From: Oscillatoria sp. PCC 10802
GTDB taxonomy: Bacteria; Cyanobacteriota; Cyanobacteriia; Cyanobacteriales; Oscillatoriaceae
Assembly: GCF_000332335.1 (NCBI RefSeq)
Contig: NZ_KB235948.1
Coordinates: 2,740,513-2,804,512, forward strand
Reading direction: 5' to 3'
DNA: 64,000 nucleotides
Shown: one piece after another, positions 62,449 to 64,000 of the stretch
Layout of the letters: each line of letters begins with the position of its first letter
Position numbering within the stretch: the first letter of the stretch is position 1
Position numbers and translations under genes: made by a program
The notes under the pieces: model-generated
Told to the model about the DNA's origin: nothing
The model's database searches: none
The model's input: only the letters and a program-made list of their open reading frames with translations

Positions 62449-63499
62449 TCAGACTGACTTCAAGACTGAAGCGGGTTGCCGGTTTAGCTTTAAAGGATTT
62501 CAGCTGAATGTAGTTATCTTGACTTCTGGAAGTGACTTCCTGAAGAGTTTTCCCCGCTTTCGACAGCAAAGTCAATTTGAGATTGGCCGGCAAATACTTT
62601 TTCCCGCCCGCCGGATGCAACTGCACCAAAACACCTAATTTCTCCTCAGCCTCTTCTGTGACAGTCACCAGCAGCGCCACGGTTTGACTGCCCAGTTGCA
62701 TTCCCAGGTTAATGAGTTTACCTCGCTTCGCACCCGACTCAGCATTGCTGGCTCTCAGAGCTAAATTGGCTTCTGGGCTTATCAGTGCGTCAATCGCCTG
62801 CCAGTTTTTGTCAAAAACGCCCTGCAACCACTGGCTCAACTTGGTTCTGGTTTCTTCCAGGTATTCCAGCAAGTTTTCTGCCGCCCCTGTTAAGGATGAC
62901 ATGGCTTGACCCTCGGCTGTGGCAGAAAGAGGAATAGCAGCCGGTTCCAAGAAGCGACAGTAGAACAGCAGGTGATTTGGCTCCGCATCAAATTCTGATA
63001 GCGGCAGCCTGTAACAGCCATCTCGTGAGGGCTTTAAATTAGCTATACTTAGATAATTAAGCAGCTGGTCGCAACGCTGAAAGCCTCTCACAAGAACTTG
63101 TTCCTGTTCGTCCAATACCTCAAGCAACACATAGAAATGAGCTGCCAAGTCCGGTCTGTCGATGGCATCTGCCGGCAGGCTCACCACTTCATCAAGCACG
63201 TGTTCTGTCGCAAGCAGATAGAACTTAAATTTGCCAACCATGAGATGGCAAACAGCCTCACTGACCGCAGGATCTCGATTTAATATTTTATCCGGCATGC
63301 GGTCACTTAGCCATTCTTCAAAGCCAAGACTCGCCAGTGCGTTCAGATAGGTTTGCCACTGCTCGGCTTCTCCTGTCACCCGCTCGCTAATCTCTCTCGC
63401 CCGCTCGAAATGTTCTGGTTCAAGGTCTACGGTTTCAGGCAGCCACACCCTCAAATCCGTTGAATCTACCGGAAAAAACACCATAACCCCATTCCTCAT
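62414..63499 (-). CDS. DUF1822-like hypothetical protein
   Basis: 361 aa, acidic. The family assignment is from memory of cyanobacterial CHAT-gene neighbourhoods. It overlaps the upstream gene by 4 nt. Confidence 0.45.
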   Translation of the reverse strand: MRNGVMVFFPVDSTDLRVWLPETVDLEPEHFERAREISERVTGEAEQWQTYLNALASLGFEEWLSDRMPDKILNRDPAVSEAVCHLMVGKFKFYLLATEHVLDEVVSLPADAIDRPDLAAHFYVLLEVLDEQEQVLVRGFQRCDQLLNYLSIANLKPSRDGCYRLPLSEFDAEPNHLLFYCRFLEPAAIPLSATAEGQAMSSLTGAAENLLEYLEETRTKLSQWLQGVFDKNWQAIDALISPEANLALRASNAESGAKRGKLINLGMQLGSQTVALLVTVTEEAEEKLGVLVQLHPAGGKKYLPANLKLTLLSKAGKTLQEVTSRSQDNYIQLKSFKAKPATRFSLEVSLSDVSVKEDFEL

Positions 63500-64000
63500 G
63501 TTCTTTTTTCAAAATAAATCCGAAGTTGCTGGGCGTAAAAGCTGTTCATCGACCGGCTCTTCCCCGCCCGGATTTCTTCTGCAGCTTCTTGGAAGATTTC
63601 TCGATCCGCAAAAGCTTCGATTTGCTCCGCCAGGGTTTTCAGATAGTCCGGTTCAGGGGGAATCTTGGTCAGACCCATACCTTGAGCCTTTTCTAACGTC
63701 CTGTCGAGAAATTGCTGCACAGTCCGCTCGCGCACCTTTTTGAGAAGGTCCCCCGGATTCAACACCCGCCTGGCTTGATCCCAACTTGTCATTGCCAACA
63801 GGGGAGCAATCTCCCTAAGAGACATGCCCTGACCGTAATAGAGTTGCAAACCAGGAAGGAAGTTTGCTGCTATATTAGCATACCTTTTGCTTTTTTGCAA
63901 GTGGGTGAGGCGAGAGGCAATCTCTCGCTCTATTGCTTGGGCCAAAGCTAACTTGAGTTGCTCGTGCAAGAACTCCTGAAGTTCCCGCTGTTCGACATGT
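63496..64000 (-). CDS. Sigma-70 region-4-like HTH protein, partial (5' end outside the window)
   Basis: ANFLPGLQLYYGQGMSLREIAPLLAMTSWDQARRVL matches the sigma region-4 pattern L..LP...R.V..L.Y..G.S..EIA..LG.S..TV. The ORF stays open to the window edge. Confidence 0.45.
   Translation of the reverse strand, partial: HVEQRELQEFLHEQLKLALAQAIEREIASRLTHLQKSKRYANIAANFLPGLQLYYGQGMSLREIAPLLAMTSWDQARRVLNPGDLLKKVRERTVQQFLDRTLEKAQGMGLTKIPPEPDYLKTLAEQIEAFADREIFQEAAEEIRAGKSRSMNSFYAQQLRIYFEKRT

Overview
This is a GC-rich chromosomal segment, roughly 58-62% GC over the housekeeping genes, whose gene content and repeat content point to a cyanobacterium, probably filamentous. Housekeeping genes on both strands are mnmA, sat, aat, rpsN, nth, rseP, serS, a divergent mntC/mntAB metal ABC transporter, prxQ/bcp, hpf (lrtA), lipB, ssb, a bifunctional mannose-1-phosphate guanylyltransferase/phosphomannomutase, cobK and pheT. 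Around them are a Tat-signal orthocaspase, a PEP-CTERM protein, a pentapeptide-repeat protein, a Ser/Thr kinase with TPR repeats, an FHA-ABC transporter, a fasciclin protein and a WD40 remnant. The most interesting content is accessory. (1) A BglII-like restriction-modification cassette (controller protein, endonuclease, N4/N6 methyltransferase) in which the endonuclease has an in-frame TAA nonsense codon and the methyltransferase is frameshifted. (2) A full-length major vault protein (MVP) gene with very high similarity to eukaryotic MVP. (3) Immediately downstream of it, a Family-2B encapsulin (cNMP-binding domain) with a cysteine-desulfurase cargo that has a long disordered N-terminus, followed by cysE and two half-size YeeE/YedE sulfur-transport genes. 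So two different protein-shell systems sit side by side. (4) A lower-GC island carrying a yciI-like gene and two very large genes: an uncharacterised 1008-aa protein and a 1244-aa SF2-helicase-like P-loop NTPase. This is a candidate novel defence or conflict module. (5) At the window edge, a sigma-70 region-4-like protein, a DUF1822-like protein and a CHAT-protease/P-loop NTPase protein, translationally coupled as a likely NTP-dependent conflict cassette. The window also holds at least eight families of small dispersed, mosaic and nested MITE-like or palindromic repeats. I found no rRNA, tRNA or CRISPR arrays.
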